Of a stretch of DNA of 5,561 nucleotides, positions 4,798-5,561 are shown in pieces. The stretch lies in UHGV virus genome UHGV-0348703; one strand, written 5' to 3'. Every line of letters starts with the position of its first letter. Position 1 is the stretch's first letter. Under the pieces are notes generated by a model, which saw nothing but the letters and a program-made list of their open reading frames with translations, was not told the DNA's origin and did not search any database. Source of the DNA: a virus. Made by a program: the position numbers and the translations under genes.

Positions 4798-5561
4798 ATG
4801 AAAAAAACATTAGGAGGAGACAGAATCCGAAGCGAAAGCAAAATGGAAGTATATCTGCCTAATTTCGGTAGATCATCACATAACGTAGGAAAAATAATCC
4901 GAACATCGCAAGCATGCGGCACAATCGTTCCCTATTGGTGCCAGATAGGTATGGACGGAACGACATTCTACATCGACATCACGACAAAAGTAAAAACACT
5001 GCCGACAACCGGACCCGTATTCGGCAGCTTCAAACACCAAATCGACGTATTCGTAATTCCGATCAGACTCTATATAGCAGCACTACATAATAACGCTTTA
5101 GGAGTAGGGTTGAACATGAGTAAAGTACTATTGCCACAATTTCAAGTATACACAGCCAATGCATCGATCTATGAAGACGACATCAACAGAGGGCAGGTCA
5201 ATCCGAGCTCGCTACTCTCATACTTGGGAATAAAAGGATTCGGACACTCCAGAGTCAATCAATACCTCCGAAGATTTCCGGCGATATTCAATCTGGCGTA
5301 CTGGGACATATTCAAAAACTATTACGCCAACAAACAGGAAGAAAACGCATACGTAATCACCGGAATAAACCATATTTGGAAGCAAATCAGTGTAGGAGAT
5401 GGAGTTAAATTGCTCAGGACATGGACGGAAAACAAAAGCCAAGCATACAAGATAGCTCCGACAAGTGAGAAACCGTTATATATCATAATAGAGTTCGAGG
5501 AGAATGTCTCGCCCGAAGAGGTCAACGAGATCCAACTCTTAACGAATATTCCCGACTCAAC
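4798..5561 (+). CDS. VP1: Major capsid protein VP1/F, N-terminal part. The ORF stays open to the window end and continues at position 1 because the genome is circular.
   Basis: The ATG at 4798 follows the upstream stop by 3 nt. There is an alternative ATG at 4843. Translation begins MKKTLGGDRIRSESKMEVYLPNFGRSSHNVGKIIRTSQACGTIVPYWCQIGMDGTTFYIDITTKVKTLPTTGPVFGSFKHQIDVFVIPIRLY.... This matches the conserved N-terminal beta-barrel signature of Microviridae F/VP1 (phiX174 F: ...PVIAGDSFEMD...DIFTFYVPHRHVY). The ORF track omits it only because no stop codon falls inside the window. The last 2 nt (ac) plus nt 1 (g) form the next codon. Confidence 0.8.
   Translation, partial: MKKTLGGDRIRSESKMEVYLPNFGRSSHNVGKIIRTSQACGTIVPYWCQIGMDGTTFYIDITTKVKTLPTTGPVFGSFKHQIDVFVIPIRLYIAALHNNALGVGLNMSKVLLPQFQVYTANASIYEDDINRGQVNPSSLLSYLGIKGFGHSRVNQYLRRFPAIFNLAYWDIFKNYYANKQEENAYVITGINHIWKQISVGDGVKLLRTWTENKSQAYKIAPTSEKPLYIIIEFEENVSPEEVNEIQLLTNIPDS

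Larger units (their letters stand above)
1..5561 (+). other. Complete (or near-complete) circularly permuted genome of a Microviridae (Gokushovirinae/Alpavirinae-like) ssDNA phage
   Basis: The gene set VP1 + VP2 + VP4 (Rep) plus small ORFs is all on one strand. A ~5.6 kb size is typical of the family. The VP1 ORF runs off the 3' end and re-enters at the 5' end with preserved codon phase. The + strand shows strong A>T asymmetry. Confidence 0.75.

Noticed and set aside
4811-4845. AGGAGG at 4811-4816 as a possible Shine-Dalgarno for an alternative VP1 start at ATG 4843
   Set aside because: The spacing to ATG 4843 is about 26 nt, too long for an SD, and the motif simply encodes Gly-Gly. ATG 4798 is kept as the start, with 4843 noted as an alternative.
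204-5525. All minus-strand ORFs in the track (e.g. 1507..1923, 2011..2367, 725..997, 5218..5442)
   Set aside because: Every one lies antisense to a strongly supported + strand gene. The + strand is T-poor, so TTA/CTA/TCA (stops on the minus strand) are rare and long spurious minus ORFs are expected. Their translations are Cys/Phe/Leu/Ser-rich nonsense typical of antisense frames. Microviridae encode all genes on one strand.
1-5561. CRISPR arrays, tRNA/rRNA genes, integrase, transposase or IS elements, toxin-antitoxin or defence cassettes
   Set aside because: No spacer-repeat periodicity was seen. No cloverleaf-like GC-rich RNA gene segment, tyrosine/serine recombinase or DDE signature was found in any frame. 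The coding capacity is fully accounted for by phage genes.

Overview
The window appears to be one complete, circularly permuted genome (~5.56 kb) of a Microviridae ssDNA phage of the Gokushovirinae/Alpavirinae type. All credible genes are on the + strand, which is A-rich and T-poor. The genome is about 97% coding.

The major capsid gene (VP1) is split across the window ends. Its 5' part is at 4798..5561 and its 3' part at 1..1279. The codon phase is continuous across the junction (ac|g then codons from position 2), giving about 680 aa.

Genes recognised by motif:
- VP1, through an N-terminal jelly-roll motif (..DVFVIPIRLY..) and a C-terminal ...LQ...R.A..G.R... motif.
- VP2, the DNA pilot protein, through the gokushovirus-type YQ...AAGL.P.L.YG motif plus a Gly/Ala tract and long coiled coils.
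- VP4, the rolling-circle Rep, through PCGxCxxC, TLTF, HLH(G) and YxxKYxxK.

Remaining elements:
- Four small + strand ORFs of unknown function.
- A 56-aa single-pass membrane protein gene at 4278..4448 that is missing from the ORF track. It sits between two genes with ATGA and TAAcATG junctions and is a candidate single-gene lysis protein.
- The only real intergenic region (1608..1762), which holds a perfect 11-bp GC-rich hairpin followed by a T run. This could be a terminator, an ssDNA origin structure, or both.
- A 39-nt in-frame tandem duplication (4424..4497) spanning the junction between the membrane-protein ORF and the next gene.

No tRNA, rRNA, CRISPR array, integrase or transposase is visible. 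Minus-strand ORFs look like compositional artefacts.
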